Shown: positions 39,859 through 51,099, counted from the first letter of the stretch. The stretch is 64,000 nucleotides of DNA from Methyloprofundus sedimenti (GCF_002072955.1 NZ_LPUF01000001.1:764896-828895); one strand, 5' to 3'. Numbers and translations are program-made. The notes: generated by a model from the letters alone, not told the origin.

Positions 39859-40983
39859 TTGAGACGGCGTATAATGATCAGGCAAGATGCAAATGATTAC
39901 CTAAGGCTTTTTTTACAAGACATACCCTTAATGGATGTCCGGGCACCTGTTGAATTTAATAAAGGGGCTTTTCCAAATAGCCAGAATATTCCCATTCTTG
40001 ATGATCAGCAGCGCGAAGCCGTAGGTACTTGTTATAAGCAGGATGGTCAGGATGCTGCGATTGCTTTAGGTTTACAGCTGGTCACTGCTGAAATTCGTGA
40101 ACAAAGACTGGAGCAATGGAAACGGTTTGTAAATGCTCATCCAGAGGGTTTTCTGTATTGTTTCCGTGGTGGTTTGCGTTCACGCACGACACAAGCCTGG
40201 TTGAAAGAGCAGGGGATTGACTACCCGCTTATTAAAGGCGGCTATAAAGCCATGCGCACTTATTTGTTGCAGCAAATGGAAGTCAGTTCAGAACAGATTC
40301 CATTGGTGATTTTAAGTGGATTTACCGGTTCAGGAAAAACACATGTCTTAAAGAAAACCAGTCATCATGTTGATCTGGAGGCACTGGCTAATCATCGGGG
40401 CTCTGCTTTTGGTAGTGATGTGAATGATTTTCAGCCTACTCAGATAAACTGGGAAAATCAATTATCAATTGATTGCCTCAAGCATCGACATCACTATCCA
40501 CAGTCAGGATTATTACTGGAAGATGAAAGTAAACGTATAGGGCGCAATATTTTGCCGGATTGTATCCACCAGAAAATGGAACAAGCACCCTATATATTCC
40601 TTGAACGCGAGCTGGAGCAGCGTGTAGCAATTATCCGTGAGGATTACTTTACAAGCAGTTGGCCGCTTTATCAGCATCAATTTCAAGATGCGGCGGATGA
40701 AAAGTTTTCCTCTTTTATGCTGGGGGGGCTGGCGCGTATAAAAAAACGTCTGGGAGGCGTTCTTTACCAAAACATAAATGCCTCTTTTACGCTGGCTTTG
40801 GAGCATTTATTTGCAACGGGTAAAACAGAACTATTTGACGCAGGTATCCGTTTGTTACTGCAGAAATACTATGATCCTATGTACCTGTATCAGTTAAAAA
40901 ATAAACAGCGTGAGCTTTTATTTCGTGGGGCCGAGTCAGAAATTCTGGCCTGGGCTGATGATCACTTAAAGACGATGACATAA
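39859..40983 (+). CDS. selU: tRNA 2-selenouridine synthase (rhodanese + P-loop)
   Basis: Colinear with E. coli YbbB/MnmH: VRAPVEF, AVGTCYKQ, CFRGGLRS, and Walker A SGFTGSGKT. The start may instead be 39874 (MIRQ...). Confidence 0.8.
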   Translation: MRRRIMIRQDANDYLRLFLQDIPLMDVRAPVEFNKGAFPNSQNIPILDDQQREAVGTCYKQDGQDAAIALGLQLVTAEIREQRLEQWKRFVNAHPEGFLYCFRGGLRSRTTQAWLKEQGIDYPLIKGGYKAMRTYLLQQMEVSSEQIPLVILSGFTGSGKTHVLKKTSHHVDLEALANHRGSAFGSDVNDFQPTQINWENQLSIDCLKHRHHYPQSGLLLEDESKRIGRNILPDCIHQKMEQAPYIFLERELEQRVAIIREDYFTSSWPLYQHQFQDAADEKFSSFMLGGLARIKKRLGGVLYQNINASFTLALEHLFATGKTELFDAGIRLLLQKYYDPMYLYQLKNKQRELLFRGAESEILAWADDHLKTMT

Positions 40984-43184
40984 TGAACCTGGTGCCGATA
41001 TTTAAAGATCTTGTATTAGTCGGAGGCGGTCATACCCATGCACTTGTGTTACGCAAGTGGGCGATGAATCCGTTGCCGGGTGTGCGCATTACCTTAATCA
41101 GCCCTCAGGCTTTGACGCCTTATTCAGGGATGCTACCTGGATTGATTGCGGGGCATTATAGTTTCGAACAAACGCATATCGATCTGGTGAAATTGTCATT
41201 GTGGGCTAATATTCGCTTTATTCAAGACAGCGTGACGGCAATTGATGCTGCAAGCAATACTTTAGAATTGAAGAACCGTCCTGCTACAGAGTTCGACGTG
41301 GTTTCTATTGATATCGGTTCAACACCGAATCAAAGCATTGAAGGCTCTGCTGAATACACGACACCGGTTAAGCCTATCAGTGAATTTTATCAGCGCTGGA
41401 ATCAAATTCAGAAACACGCTCAACAACAAAAAATTAGATCGCTGGCGGTTGTTGGCGGTGGCGCCGGCAGCGTTGAAGTTATTATGGCTATCGCTTTTAA
41501 ACTCAAACAGTTTAATACATCTATACAGTATCATCTGATAACAGCCGCTGATGATATATTGCCCGGCTATAACCGCACAGTCATAAAGCGAGTAAAACAA
41601 CAGCTTAAAAAATATCATATTGAAATTCATAGCTCGACCCGGGTTGCCAGGCTTGGTCAAAATACTATTTATTGCCAGAATGCCGATTCGATCGTAGCTG
41701 ATGAAATTATATGGTGTACTCAGGCGGCAGGTTCAACATGGTTACAACAAAGCCAAATTGAGTGTGATGATGCGGGGTTTATGAAAGTCAGGCAAACCTT
41801 GCAATCTTTAAGCTACGAGCATATTTTTGCGGCCGGTGATATTGCTAATATGGTTGCAAATCCCAGGCCGAAAGCTGGCGTGTATGCAGTAAGACAGGCA
41901 GATACTTTATTTCATAATCTGCGTGCGGTGTTGCTCGATAAATCATTGCTTGAATATCGACCACAGGATGGTTTTTTGAGCTTATTGGCTCTGGGTGAAA
42001 AGCGAGCAACCGGCTCAAAATCATTGTTTAGTTTCTCTGGCGATTGGGTCTGGCGCTGGAAAAGTTCGATTGATAATAAATTTATGCATCAGTTTCATCA
42101 ATTACCCGTGTTGCCGATGGCTTCCGCAACGATGATTAATCCGGCGCTCATAGCAGATGCAGAAAAAACAGAGCAACATGATCCGTTAAAGCGCTGCACT
42201 GGCTGTGGAGCAAAAGTGAGTGCGAGTGTGTTACAGCAAGTGCTTAACGATGTGCTGGGTATCGGTTACTATCAGCCCCAGGATGCGGTGCGCATTAGTA
42301 ACAATGCCGAGATTATTTATCAAAGCGTTGATGCCCTGAATGCGTGTATTGACGACCCCTGGTTGTTTGGGCGGATTGCGGTTAACCATGCGCTGAGTGA
42401 TCTGTATGCAATGAACCTGAAACCGGAGTCAGCACAGCTACTCATTACCCTGCCTTATGCCGGTCAATCTATACAAAAAAGGCAATTAAAGGCGCTATTG
42501 CAGGGAATTTCCTTACAACTTGAAACCCTGCAATGTCGTTTTGTGGGCGGGCATACTTCAGAGGCAAGCGAGCTTTCAGTGGGCTTAGTGGTTAATGGTA
42601 TTCTGCAGGATAAACCTTTATTTAATAAACAAGGTTTAAATCCCGGTGATAAGCTGGTTATCTCCAAACCCTTGGGAACAGGAGTGATACTGGCCGCTGC
42701 AATGCAGGATAAATGTGATGGAGTGATTTTTAATCAGGCCATACACTCTATGTTGCAAGCAAATGACCAGGCAGCAAGGGTTCTGAGCAAACTTAATGTC
42801 AAGGCATGTACCGATGTAACAGGCTTCGGGCTGTTAGGGCATTTGCATGAACTGTGTCTGGCATCGGCTTGTTCCGCCAGCCTGAATTTAAATGCCATTC
42901 CATGCTTGCCAGGTGCCGAAGCGCTAGCCCGAAAAAATATTAAAAGCAGTCTTTACGCGCAAAATCTAAAGACTTTTGCGGCAATGCAATGGCCAGACGC
43001 GATCACTCAGCAATCCCGTTTCAATCTGCTTTTTGATCCGCAGACCTCGGGTGGATTGCTGGCTGGCATACCCGCTAAGACCTATATTGAACTTGATAAA
43101 AGCTTCCATCAGCAGTTTTATACTATTGGCGAAGTGTTGGCGTTTGATGATTCATTAGTGCGTATTCAAATTCAGGATACCTGA
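40983..43184 (+). CDS. selD: fusion protein: N-terminal FAD/NAD(P)-binding pyridine nucleotide-disulfide oxidoreductase (NDH-2-like) + C-terminal selenide, water dikinase
   Basis: N-terminus VLVGGGHTHA, and a second dinucleotide motif VVGGGAGSVE. C-terminal half begins LKRCTGCGAKVS (the SelD GCGxK Cys loop) and has the PurM-like fold (GGHTS, TDVTGFGLLGH). Confidence 0.8.
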   Translation: MNLVPIFKDLVLVGGGHTHALVLRKWAMNPLPGVRITLISPQALTPYSGMLPGLIAGHYSFEQTHIDLVKLSLWANIRFIQDSVTAIDAASNTLELKNRPATEFDVVSIDIGSTPNQSIEGSAEYTTPVKPISEFYQRWNQIQKHAQQQKIRSLAVVGGGAGSVEVIMAIAFKLKQFNTSIQYHLITAADDILPGYNRTVIKRVKQQLKKYHIEIHSSTRVARLGQNTIYCQNADSIVADEIIWCTQAAGSTWLQQSQIECDDAGFMKVRQTLQSLSYEHIFAAGDIANMVANPRPKAGVYAVRQADTLFHNLRAVLLDKSLLEYRPQDGFLSLLALGEKRATGSKSLFSFSGDWVWRWKSSIDNKFMHQFHQLPVLPMASATMINPALIADAEKTEQHDPLKRCTGCGAKVSASVLQQVLNDVLGIGYYQPQDAVRISNNAEIIYQSVDALNACIDDPWLFGRIAVNHALSDLYAMNLKPESAQLLITLPYAGQSIQKRQLKALLQGISLQLETLQCRFVGGHTSEASELSVGLVVNGILQDKPLFNKQGLNPGDKLVISKPLGTGVILAAAMQDKCDGVIFNQAIHSMLQANDQAARVLSKLNVKACTDVTGFGLLGHLHELCLASACSASLNLNAIPCLPGAEALARKNIKSSLYAQNLKTFAAMQWPDAITQQSRFNLLFDPQTSGGLLAGIPAKTYIELDKSFHQQFYTIGEVLAFDDSLVRIQIQDT

Positions 43185-43198
43185 CCTTATTCTATATA

Positions 43199-43377
43199 AA
43201 TCAAAATCTTACTGACTTTTTAAGATGCCAAGGTGAGACTTGAATGCGTAGGTTGGTGCTGAGCTAGCGAAGCCCAACAGGATATTTCGCCGAATTTGTT
43301 GGGCTTCGTGCCTCAGCGCCAACCTACATTAAGCTTGCAGGGTATCAAGTTATTTTCCGTGAGATCAGGTTGTCTGA
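43199..43377 (+). repeat. 178-nt structured intergenic repeat element, copy B
   Basis: About 93% identical to 24501-24678. The pseudo-ORF that starts atgcgtaggttgg is interrupted here by TAG (ctgagcTAGcg), where copy A has ctgagcTTGcg. Confidence 0.6.
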
Positions 43378-43517
43378 ACCTCAAGAAATGTCTGAGCAAA
43401 CCCATAGTTACTCTCTAAATTTAGTTGACAAATAAGTGGCCGCTCTTGTCTTTTAAATTATACCCGAGTGACTGGCCTGTTGTTGCATTCCGTGACACAG
43501 AACCTATAAACGAAGAA

Positions 43518-44927
43518 TCACTTCAGAAACTTACGCAGCAGATTTATTTTATTACCATACGGCGCATAAGTTAAGGGATTATCCATCCAGCTAGCGCTCT
43601 TAAGTACACCTTTTTTATGTGAGAAACATTCAAAACCATCAAAACCATGGTAAGCCCCCATGCCACTTTCACCGACACCGCCAAATGGCAAATGATGATT
43701 ACCTGCATGGAAAATGCAGTTGTTAATGCAGGCTCCTCCAGACTGAATAGTGTTAATGATTTCCTGCTGAACTGCCTTGCTTTCACTAAATAAATAACAG
43801 GCCAGTGGATGATGTGGTAATTGATCTACAATGTTATAAACTTCATCCAGCGTTTCATACTCCAATACCGGTAAAACCGGGCCAAATATCTCATCGGACA
43901 TCACTTTGTCAGCTAAAGTTACATCACGCATCACCGTAGGCGCAATATAGCGAGTTGCTGCATTGCTTTGTCCGCCAACTATCACTTTTTTTTGATCAAT
44001 TAGGCCGCAAATACGCTGAAAATGGTTGTCACTGACGATACGTGCAAAATCAGGGCTGGTACTGGCATCTTTACCATAGACTTTGATAATGCGCGCTTTA
44101 ATCTTGTTTAGAAACGTTTCTTTTAGTGATTTATGCACTAAAACATAATCCGGTGCGACACAGGTTTGCGCTGCATTCAGAAATTTACTACTCACTATAC
44201 GATTAACAGCAATATCCAGCTTGGCGTCATCATGGACGATACACGGGCTTTTTCCGCCTAACTCCAGAGTAACAGGCGTTAAATTTTTAGCCGCAGCACT
44301 CATAACAATAGAACCGACTCGAGGACTACCGGTAAAAAAGATATGCTCAAATTTTTGTTGCAGTAAAATCGTAGTTTCGTTGACTTCACCTTGGATATAA
44401 GCAATATATTCCGGGGCAAAGGTTTCACTGATAATTTTGCGAATAATCGCACTGCAGGCAGGTGTCATCTCCGATGTTTTTATGACAGCGGTATTGCCTG
44501 CTGCCATGGCAGCAATCAAGGGCGCAAAAGTCAGCATTACTGGATAGTTATACGGTGCGATAATCAGATTAACACCCAACGGAGAATAATAAATACGGCT
44601 GGAGCCCGGCTGGGTCAGCAGCGCAGTCATGCGCCACTTTGGCTTCATCCAGCTTTTGAGTTTACTCAGTGTTGTTGATAAATCATGAAGTGTAAACCCC
44701 GTTTCAGATAGATAGGATTCAAACTCTGGCTTGCCCAAATCCTGTTTTAAGGCGACATGCATTTCAGTTTCGTATTTGATCAACGCAGCTTTAAGTTTTT
44801 GCAGATTATCACTGCGGCTCTGATAACTTTTGGTTGCACCTGATTTGAAATAATCATGTTGCTTGGCAACTATCTCGATAATTTCTTGTTCAGATGTTGC
44901 TTTATTGTTTAAGTTATCAGTCGTCAT
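43518..44927 (-). CDS. aldehyde dehydrogenase family protein (ALDH3/coniferyl-aldehyde DH-like)
   Basis: ELGGKSP, and a catalytic Cys in the QTCVAPDY context. Confidence 0.8.
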   Translation of the reverse strand: MTTDNLNNKATSEQEIIEIVAKQHDYFKSGATKSYQSRSDNLQKLKAALIKYETEMHVALKQDLGKPEFESYLSETGFTLHDLSTTLSKLKSWMKPKWRMTALLTQPGSSRIYYSPLGVNLIIAPYNYPVMLTFAPLIAAMAAGNTAVIKTSEMTPACSAIIRKIISETFAPEYIAYIQGEVNETTILLQQKFEHIFFTGSPRVGSIVMSAAAKNLTPVTLELGGKSPCIVHDDAKLDIAVNRIVSSKFLNAAQTCVAPDYVLVHKSLKETFLNKIKARIIKVYGKDASTSPDFARIVSDNHFQRICGLIDQKKVIVGGQSNAATRYIAPTVMRDVTLADKVMSDEIFGPVLPVLEYETLDEVYNIVDQLPHHPLACYLFSESKAVQQEIINTIQSGGACINNCIFHAGNHHLPFGGVGESGMGAYHGFDGFECFSHKKGVLKSASWMDNPLTYAPYGNKINLLRKFLK

Positions 44928-45264
44928 ATTTATATTTCCATAATGTTTATAAAACAGTAGAGTGGAATTTGTTCCGCTGTTAAACGAGCTTAGTAGTTTA
45001 AGCAGGCTAAAGCCGGTTCTACCTCTTTATACAATTTAATACGCCTGCATCGATTTAGTGCCCAAAACAGATAAAGAATAGTACATTCACACATATAGCT
45101 AATTAACAGGAAATGACTTATCAAATTTACATTTTTTTTAAAATCTCAAATGTGACAGAAACATCTTAATTTATGATTTAATCTGACAGACTCCTGGGAG
45201 AGTGGACAGATTTTTCTTGTCCACATAAATATTAACCAGCCTGATAGCCTGTCAGTCAGTTTGA

Positions 45265-46218
45265 TCAGCGTTGTTGCATATGTAGTTGTAATTCTCTAGG
45301 TAATGTAAAAACAACTTTTTCTTCAATGCCTTTAATCTCAGTGACTGTTTCGCCGCCCCATTCCTGTAATTGTTTAATAACTTCCTGTACAAGTACTTCA
45401 GGAGCGGATGCGCCTGCCGTTACACCGACAACATCAATACCAGTGAACCAGTCTTTATGCATGTCACTTGCAGTATCAATCAAGTAAGCTGACTTCCCTA
45501 GTTGCTCTGCAATTTCCCGTAAACGGTTTGAGTTAGAGCTGTTAGTTGAGCCCACAACCAGAATAATATCAGCTGTTTCAGCAAGGTCGTGAACAGCATC
45601 CTGACGGTTTTGCGTGGCATAGCATATATCATCTTTCTTTTGCTCTTGAATATGCGGGAAGTGTTCGTGCAGTGCATCGACCATGATGCTGGTATCAGTC
45701 ATTGATAAGGTGGTTTGAGTTACGTAGGCTAGATTTTTCGGGTTATTAACTTTGACAGTTTTGACATCCTCGGGTGTTTCAACCAGGTATATAGCGCCAT
45801 TCTCAGTGCACTTTTCATATTGCCCCATTGTGCCTTCTACTTCAGGGTGGCCTGCATGTCCAATCAGGAAAACCTCTCTATCCGCTTTAGCATGTTTAGC
45901 AACCTGAATATGAACTTTTGTAACCAGAGGGCAGGTTGCGTCGAAGACGGTAAGGTTTCTTTCTACAGCTTCTTGCTGTACTTTTTTGGACACACCGTGT
46001 GCACTAAATATCAGATAAGAGCCTTCAGGGACATCGGATAATTCTTCTATAAAAATAGCGCCTTTTTCTCTGAGACCGTCAACTACGGTTCGGTTATGTA
46101 CGACTTCATGACGGACATAAATTGGAGCGCCAAAAGCTTCGAGAGCACGGTCAACGATTTCAATTGCGCGGTCTACGCCAGCACAAAAACCTCTAGGGTT
46201 AGCAAGTTCAATTTTCAT
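45265..46218 (-). CDS. ispH: 4-hydroxy-3-methylbut-2-enyl diphosphate reductase
   Basis: N-terminus [22 protein letters not shown], conserved Cys (ATCPLV). 317 aa. Confidence 0.9.
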   Translation of the reverse strand: MKIELANPRGFCAGVDRAIEIVDRALEAFGAPIYVRHEVVHNRTVVDGLREKGAIFIEELSDVPEGSYLIFSAHGVSKKVQQEAVERNLTVFDATCPLVTKVHIQVAKHAKADREVFLIGHAGHPEVEGTMGQYEKCTENGAIYLVETPEDVKTVKVNNPKNLAYVTQTTLSMTDTSIMVDALHEHFPHIQEQKKDDICYATQNRQDAVHDLAETADIILVVGSTNSSNSNRLREIAEQLGKSAYLIDTASDMHKDWFTGIDVVGVTAGASAPEVLVQEVIKQLQEWGGETVTEIKGIEEKVVFTLPRELQLHMQQR

Positions 46219-46225
46219 GGTTTTT

Positions 46226-46711
46226 TTAAGTTAATGGATTTTGGGAAACAATAATGCCGTCGTTATCTGCATAGAGATAATGATCGGTTTTAAAATGAAC
46301 GCCGGCAAACACACAGGTATTATCACGTTCTCCAGGCCCTTTTTTATGGCTTTTTAATGGGTACGTGTGTAACGCGCGAATGCCAATGGGCAGCTGGTTA
46401 ATCACATCAGAGTCGCGGATGCAGCCGTAAATAATAATGCCCTGCCAGCCATTTTGGTAAGCAGTATTTGCCAGGTTTTCGCCAAGTAGAGCACAGTGGA
46501 GAGAGCCTCCTCCGTCAATGACTAAAATGCGATGGCTAACTTTTTTTTCTAATAATTCACGTATTAAAACATTGTCTTCAAATACTTTAACGGTGCTGAT
46601 TTGTCCAGAAAAACAGCGCGTTGAGCCAAAAGCTTTGAAAATGGGTTCAGCTATTTGAAAGTCGGCAGCTGATGAATGCTTGTCGCAAAGGTCGGCAGTT
46701 GTGAATGTCAT
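46226..46711 (-). CDS. rraA: ribonuclease E activity regulator RraA (RraA/MenG family)
   Basis: TADLCD N-terminus and VIDGGGSL motif. 161 aa. Confidence 0.8.
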   Translation of the reverse strand: MTFTTADLCDKHSSAADFQIAEPIFKAFGSTRCFSGQISTVKVFEDNVLIRELLEKKVSHRILVIDGGGSLHCALLGENLANTAYQNGWQGIIIYGCIRDSDVINQLPIGIRALHTYPLKSHKKGPGERDNTCVFAGVHFKTDHYLYADNDGIIVSQNPLT

Positions 46712-46768
46712 GCAATAATATTGGGATAGTAAGGCATAGAATCAAGCTTCTATGCCTTGTGATGTTGT

Positions 46769-46963
46769 TTATTCTGTGTCACTTGTTTTACAGGTTGATA
46801 TGCCTAAAGGTAGATAAGCTGGACACCAGTTAATCAAGCCTGTTGCTATGGGAATAATGCCAATGGCACCCCACCAGGATTGAAAATATGCCCCCGCTGC
46901 AATAATAATGATGCCTGCAGCAATTCTAATTTTTTTATCGAGTCCACCAACATTAGCTTTCAT
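46769..46963 (-). CDS. DUF2892 (YgaP-like) small membrane protein
   Basis: 64-aa ORF with two TM helices and an NWCPAY motif. Confidence 0.5.
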   Translation of the reverse strand: MKANVGGLDKKIRIAAGIIIIAAGAYFQSWWGAIGIIPIATGLINWCPAYLPLGISTCKTSDTE

Positions 46964-46976
46964 AATTCTTGCCTCA

Positions 46977-48323
46977 TTAAAAATAACGGGCTAATAAGCC
47001 CAGTTTATTCTGGAACGCGGGGATGGGAATTTTAACTTCATAGCCGCCGCCTGATGCTACCTGCATTTCATGTCCATACATATCTTCCATGCGTTTGACG
47101 ATAATATCATGATTTCCATCTGGGTGTATAAACTCCAGTTTGTCACCAACTGAGAACTTATTTTTTACCAGAATTTCAGCGAGTCCCGTGTTTTCATCGT
47201 AAGCCCTGATTTCACCGCAAAATTGTTGCTGATGGCTTTTAGAGTAGCCCGATATATAGTTTTGATGTTCGTGGGTGTGGTGGCGTTGATAAAAGCCATC
47301 GGTATAGCCACGATTGGCAAGGTTTTCTAATATACCAATCAGTTCGGGTTGAAAATCTCTACCTGCCAAGGCATCGTTTATCGCCTGCTTATAGGTTTGC
47401 GCTGTTCTTGCAACATAATAATGCGATTTGGTGCGACCTTCGATTTTTAGGCTATCGACACCTATTTCTACCAGACGATGCACGTGTTCAATAGCGCGTA
47501 AATCTTTGGAGTTCATGATATAGGTGCCGTGCTCATCTTCCATGACGGGTAAAAGTTCTCCCGGGCGACCTTCTTCTTCGAGAAAGTAGACTTCATCAGC
47601 AAGCGGATGGCGCTCAGCACCGCCACAGTTGGCGGTGCTGGCATTTAAGTCGTTCATAGAGATGGCGCTGCCATCCAGAACAAAATCACCTTCTGCATTT
47701 TCATGGGCTGGTTTGGTGTCATATTTCCATCGACATGAATTGGTGCAAGTGCCTTGATTAGGGTCGCGATGATTAAAATAACCTGATAATAAACAACGTC
47801 CGGAATAGGCAATGCAGAGTGCACCGTGGACAAAAACTTCCAGCTCCATATCGGGGCATTCCTGACGGATTTCGGCAATTTCATCAAGTGACAACTCGCG
47901 CGATAAAATAATGCGTTCAACCCCCATTGTTTGCCAGAATTTAACGCTCGCAAAATTGACTGTATTGGCTTGTACGGATAAATGTATCGGCATGTCAGGC
48001 CAGTGTTCACGGGCCATCATGATTAATCCCGGGTCGGCCATAATGAGTGCGTCAGGTTGCATGGCAACAATAGGTGCAATATCCTGGATAAATGTTTTAA
48101 CCTTGGTATTATGGGGAATTACATTGGTTGCCAGGAAAAATTTTTTCCCTAAAGCATGTGCCTCGGCTATGCCTTTTGCGAGATTTTCGTCAAGAAAGTC
48201 ATTGTTACGTACCCGTAGGCTATAACGCGGTTGCCCTGCGTAAACAGCATCTGCACCGTAAGCGAAAGCATAACGCATATTTTTTAAAGTGCCAGCAGGG
48301 GAAAGTAGTTCGATTTTTTTCAT
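46977..48323 (-). CDS. yegQ: U32-family peptidase/tRNA hydroxylation protein (YegQ/TrhP)
   Basis: Near-colinear with E. coli YegQ (ELLSPAGTLKNMRYAFAYGADAVYAGQPRYSLRVRNN...). Confidence 0.85.
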   Translation of the reverse strand: MKKIELLSPAGTLKNMRYAFAYGADAVYAGQPRYSLRVRNNDFLDENLAKGIAEAHALGKKFFLATNVIPHNTKVKTFIQDIAPIVAMQPDALIMADPGLIMMAREHWPDMPIHLSVQANTVNFASVKFWQTMGVERIILSRELSLDEIAEIRQECPDMELEVFVHGALCIAYSGRCLLSGYFNHRDPNQGTCTNSCRWKYDTKPAHENAEGDFVLDGSAISMNDLNASTANCGGAERHPLADEVYFLEEEGRPGELLPVMEDEHGTYIMNSKDLRAIEHVHRLVEIGVDSLKIEGRTKSHYYVARTAQTYKQAINDALAGRDFQPELIGILENLANRGYTDGFYQRHHTHEHQNYISGYSKSHQQQFCGEIRAYDENTGLAEILVKNKFSVGDKLEFIHPDGNHDIIVKRMEDMYGHEMQVASGGGYEVKIPIPAFQNKLGLLARYF

Positions 48324-48825
48324 GATTTATTATAACGGTGATTGTTTATATATTTTACCTGATTGCGTGCTGCTAAAATAGTTTAGATATTTTGTGATAA
48401 TAGCTTATTTAGCCAGTTTATTTTTTATGTTCACTGATGAAGCCTAATTGGCTGACATTTATTCAGTTTTAAATTCGTTTTTATTATTAAGCAAGACATA
48501 AAATGTGTGAAGGACGAAGAGGCAAATGATTGTTTAATAAGAGGATGAGCATTAAACGGGGGGTGTTTTTTTGTCATCGAAGTTATCGCAATAAAATACA
48601 GGAAATAAATGCTGCAAAACTTTTCAAGTTTTTGATGTTTCTTAGGGTAAGCTGAATGACACTGCCGGAAATAAGCCCGTTATTTGCAGGTAAGTCTTAA
48701 ATCAACTTTTTTGCAATATAAGTAAATATAAAATATAATGCTCGGTTCTTTAATGGGGCGTCAGAACCCTCCTTGTCTTACTATCTATTTTAAATGATAG
48801 AAGGCTTTAACCCGAAAGGAAAATT

Positions 48826-49269
48826 ATGCGACATTATGAAATTGTCTTTTTAGTTCATCCTGATCAAAGCGCTCAAGTGCCGGCAATGATAGATCGTTAT
48901 CGTGCATCTATTGAGGGTGCATCAGGATCTATTCATCGCTTGGAAGATTGGGGGCGTAGACATCTAGCCTATCCAATTAAAAAGCTGCAAAAAGCACATT
49001 ATGTATTGATGAATATCGAATGTGATCAAGCAACTCTTGCTGAGTTGGAAAGTAGCTTCCGTTTTAATGATGCGGTGCTGCGTAGCATGACTTTATTGAT
49101 GGCAAATGCGGTTACTGGAGCATCGGTTATTGCATCAGCATCTGTAGAAGAAGTTAAGGCAGAGAGAGTAGCGCCTGAAGTGCAAACTGAAGAAGCTGTT
49201 GCAGAGCCTGAAGCAGAAGCAGCAAAAGCAGAAGATGCTGATACTGATTCTGATTCTGATAACATTTAA
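48826..49269 (+). CDS. rpsF: 30S ribosomal protein S6
   Basis: [16 protein letters not shown]-terminus. Acidic C-terminal tail. Confidence 0.9.
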   Translation: MRHYEIVFLVHPDQSAQVPAMIDRYRASIEGASGSIHRLEDWGRRHLAYPIKKLQKAHYVLMNIECDQATLAELESSFRFNDAVLRSMTLLMANAVTGASVIASASVEEVKAERVAPEVQTEEAVAEPEAEAAKAEDADTDSDSDNI

Positions 49270-49292
49270 TAAAATACATAGAGGTTAAGCTT

Positions 49293-49523
49293 ATGGCACG
49301 TCAAATGAGACGCAAAAAGCATTATACTTTTGGTGCGGAAGGTGAAAGCAATGCAATCGATTATAAAAATATCGAACTGCTTGGTGAATTCGTAACTGAA
49401 ACAGGAAAAATTGTTCCTAGCCGTATTACGGGAACGACTGCAAAAAATCAAAGACAAATAACAACCGCTATTAAACGTGCGCGTTATATTGCCTTGATTC
49501 CATTTTGTGACGCACACGAATAA
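49293..49523 (+). CDS. rpsR: 30S ribosomal protein S18
   Basis: [13 protein letters not shown] ... [11 protein letters not shown] motifs. Confidence 0.9.
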   Translation: MARQMRRKKHYTFGAEGESNAIDYKNIELLGEFVTETGKIVPSRITGTTAKNQRQITTAIKRARYIALIPFCDAHE

Positions 49524-49542
49524 TTAACATCAGGTTGGCACA

Positions 49543-50478
49543 GTGAATTTTTTAGCGAATTTTATTATGAAAGGAAGAATGCAGGCGATGGCGGTTGCTT
49601 CTTCTTTTGCTTTGCTTTCACTTCTTATGCCACCTGTCAGTATTGTAAGTTCAGCAACAGTAGCATTGATTACATTGCGCCGTGGAGCGTATGAAGGCTT
49701 GTTGGTATTATTCAGTGCCAGTCTTGCTGCTGCAGCATTAGGTTTAATGGTTATAGGTAACTTCCAATTTGCTTTTGGCTATGTGCTTGTTTTGTGGCTT
49801 CCGGTCTGGGTGCTGTCAATTGCATTGCGCGAAGGCCGACATTTGTCGCTGGCTTTTGAAATCGCTTCTGCATTAGGCGTGTTGTTTGTTATAGGTTTTT
49901 ATGCAATTGCTGAAGACCCTGCTCTGTATTGGCAGACAGTGTTGAATGGAATGATTCAGCCTATGTTGCAGGCATCTGAAGTGCCCGTAGAGCAGATTGA
50001 GCAGACGGTTGTCATGTTGGCCAAATATATGACCGGCATTATTGCGATAGGATCTGTTACAGGATTATTACTAGGCTTGTTATTGGCACGCTGGTGGCAG
50101 GCTAATCTATATAATCCCGGTGGTTTTGGCCGCGAATATCTGTCTCTGAGTATGCCGTTGCGTTTTACTATGGCGACGATTATCATTTTTATAATTGCTG
50201 CGGTAACCAGCGGAATAGTTTCAGAGCTGGCATGGAACATAGGTATTATTTTATTTATGTTGTATGCCTTTATAGGAACAGCCATTTCGCACGCTTTAAT
50301 ATCGACCTTTAAGGCGAGACGCTTTTTATTGCCGTTCTTTTATATAAGCGTTTTTGTTGTTCCACATATAGTGATACCGGTAGCGATTATTGGTATCAGT
50401 GATACGTGGCTGAATTTACGAAAAAATATCCCCCCCCATCCAGTACTTAAAAGTATTGTGAAATCGGTATGCCGATAA
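49543..50478 (+). CDS. DUF2232-like polytopic membrane protein (inserted between rpsR and rplI)
   Basis: Multi-TM hydrophobic ORF. Position matches the membrane-protein gene found between rpsR and rplI in several gammaproteobacteria. Confidence 0.55.
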   Translation: MNFLANFIMKGRMQAMAVASSFALLSLLMPPVSIVSSATVALITLRRGAYEGLLVLFSASLAAAALGLMVIGNFQFAFGYVLVLWLPVWVLSIALREGRHLSLAFEIASALGVLFVIGFYAIAEDPALYWQTVLNGMIQPMLQASEVPVEQIEQTVVMLAKYMTGIIAIGSVTGLLLGLLLARWWQANLYNPGGFGREYLSLSMPLRFTMATIIIFIIAAVTSGIVSELAWNIGIILFMLYAFIGTAISHALISTFKARRFLLPFFYISVFVVPHIVIPVAIIGISDTWLNLRKNIPPHPVLKSIVKSVCR

Positions 50479-50494
50479 CTATGAGGAATTAAAG

Positions 50495-50944
50495 ATGGAA
50501 GTTCTTCTTCTTGAGAAAGTTGTAAACCTAGGTAACCTAGGTGATAAAGTAAGTGTGAAATCAGGATATGCTAGAAATTATCTGGTTCCACAAAAAAAAG
50601 CTGTAATGGCGACAAATGAAAAAATTGCTGAATTTGAAGCGCGTAGAGCTGAACTTGAAAAAGCGGCTGCTGAAAAATTAGCGAAAGCTCAAAAAAGAGC
50701 AGATGCATTGAACAAAATTGAAGTTGTTATTGCTCATAAAGCCGGTGACGAAGGTAAGTTGTTTGGCTCTGTAGGTACGCAGGATATTGCTGATGCAATG
50801 ACGGCTGCCGGCACTGACGTTGATAAGAGTGAAGTGCGTTTACCTGAAGGAATTATCCGTTTTATAGGCGAATATGAAATTAGCGTGAACCTTCATGCCG
50901 ATGTCACTGAAACGGTAACAGTCCAGGTTGTTGCAGAAGTCTAA
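50495..50944 (+). CDS. rplI: 50S ribosomal protein L9
   Basis: [33 protein letters not shown] signature. Confidence 0.9.
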   Translation: MEVLLLEKVVNLGNLGDKVSVKSGYARNYLVPQKKAVMATNEKIAEFEARRAELEKAAAEKLAKAQKRADALNKIEVVIAHKAGDEGKLFGSVGTQDIADAMTAAGTDVDKSEVRLPEGIIRFIGEYEISVNLHADVTETVTVQVVAEV

Positions 50945-50963
50945 GTTTTGATAGCATTAATTT

Positions 50964-51003
50964 TCGCTGGTGTGGTAATTAGCCATTCCAGCGATTTTTT
51001 TTG
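50964..51003 (+). terminator. rho-independent terminator after rplI
   Basis: Hairpin tcgctgg...ccagcga followed by a T9 run. Confidence 0.5.
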
Positions 51004-51099
51004 TTCTAAATTTAAGTCGATTTATAAGTCTAGCTCCCTTTAGAATATGGTGCTTGCAAGCCAATACACGCTGGTATTGCTGAATATCATCAAGCATTA

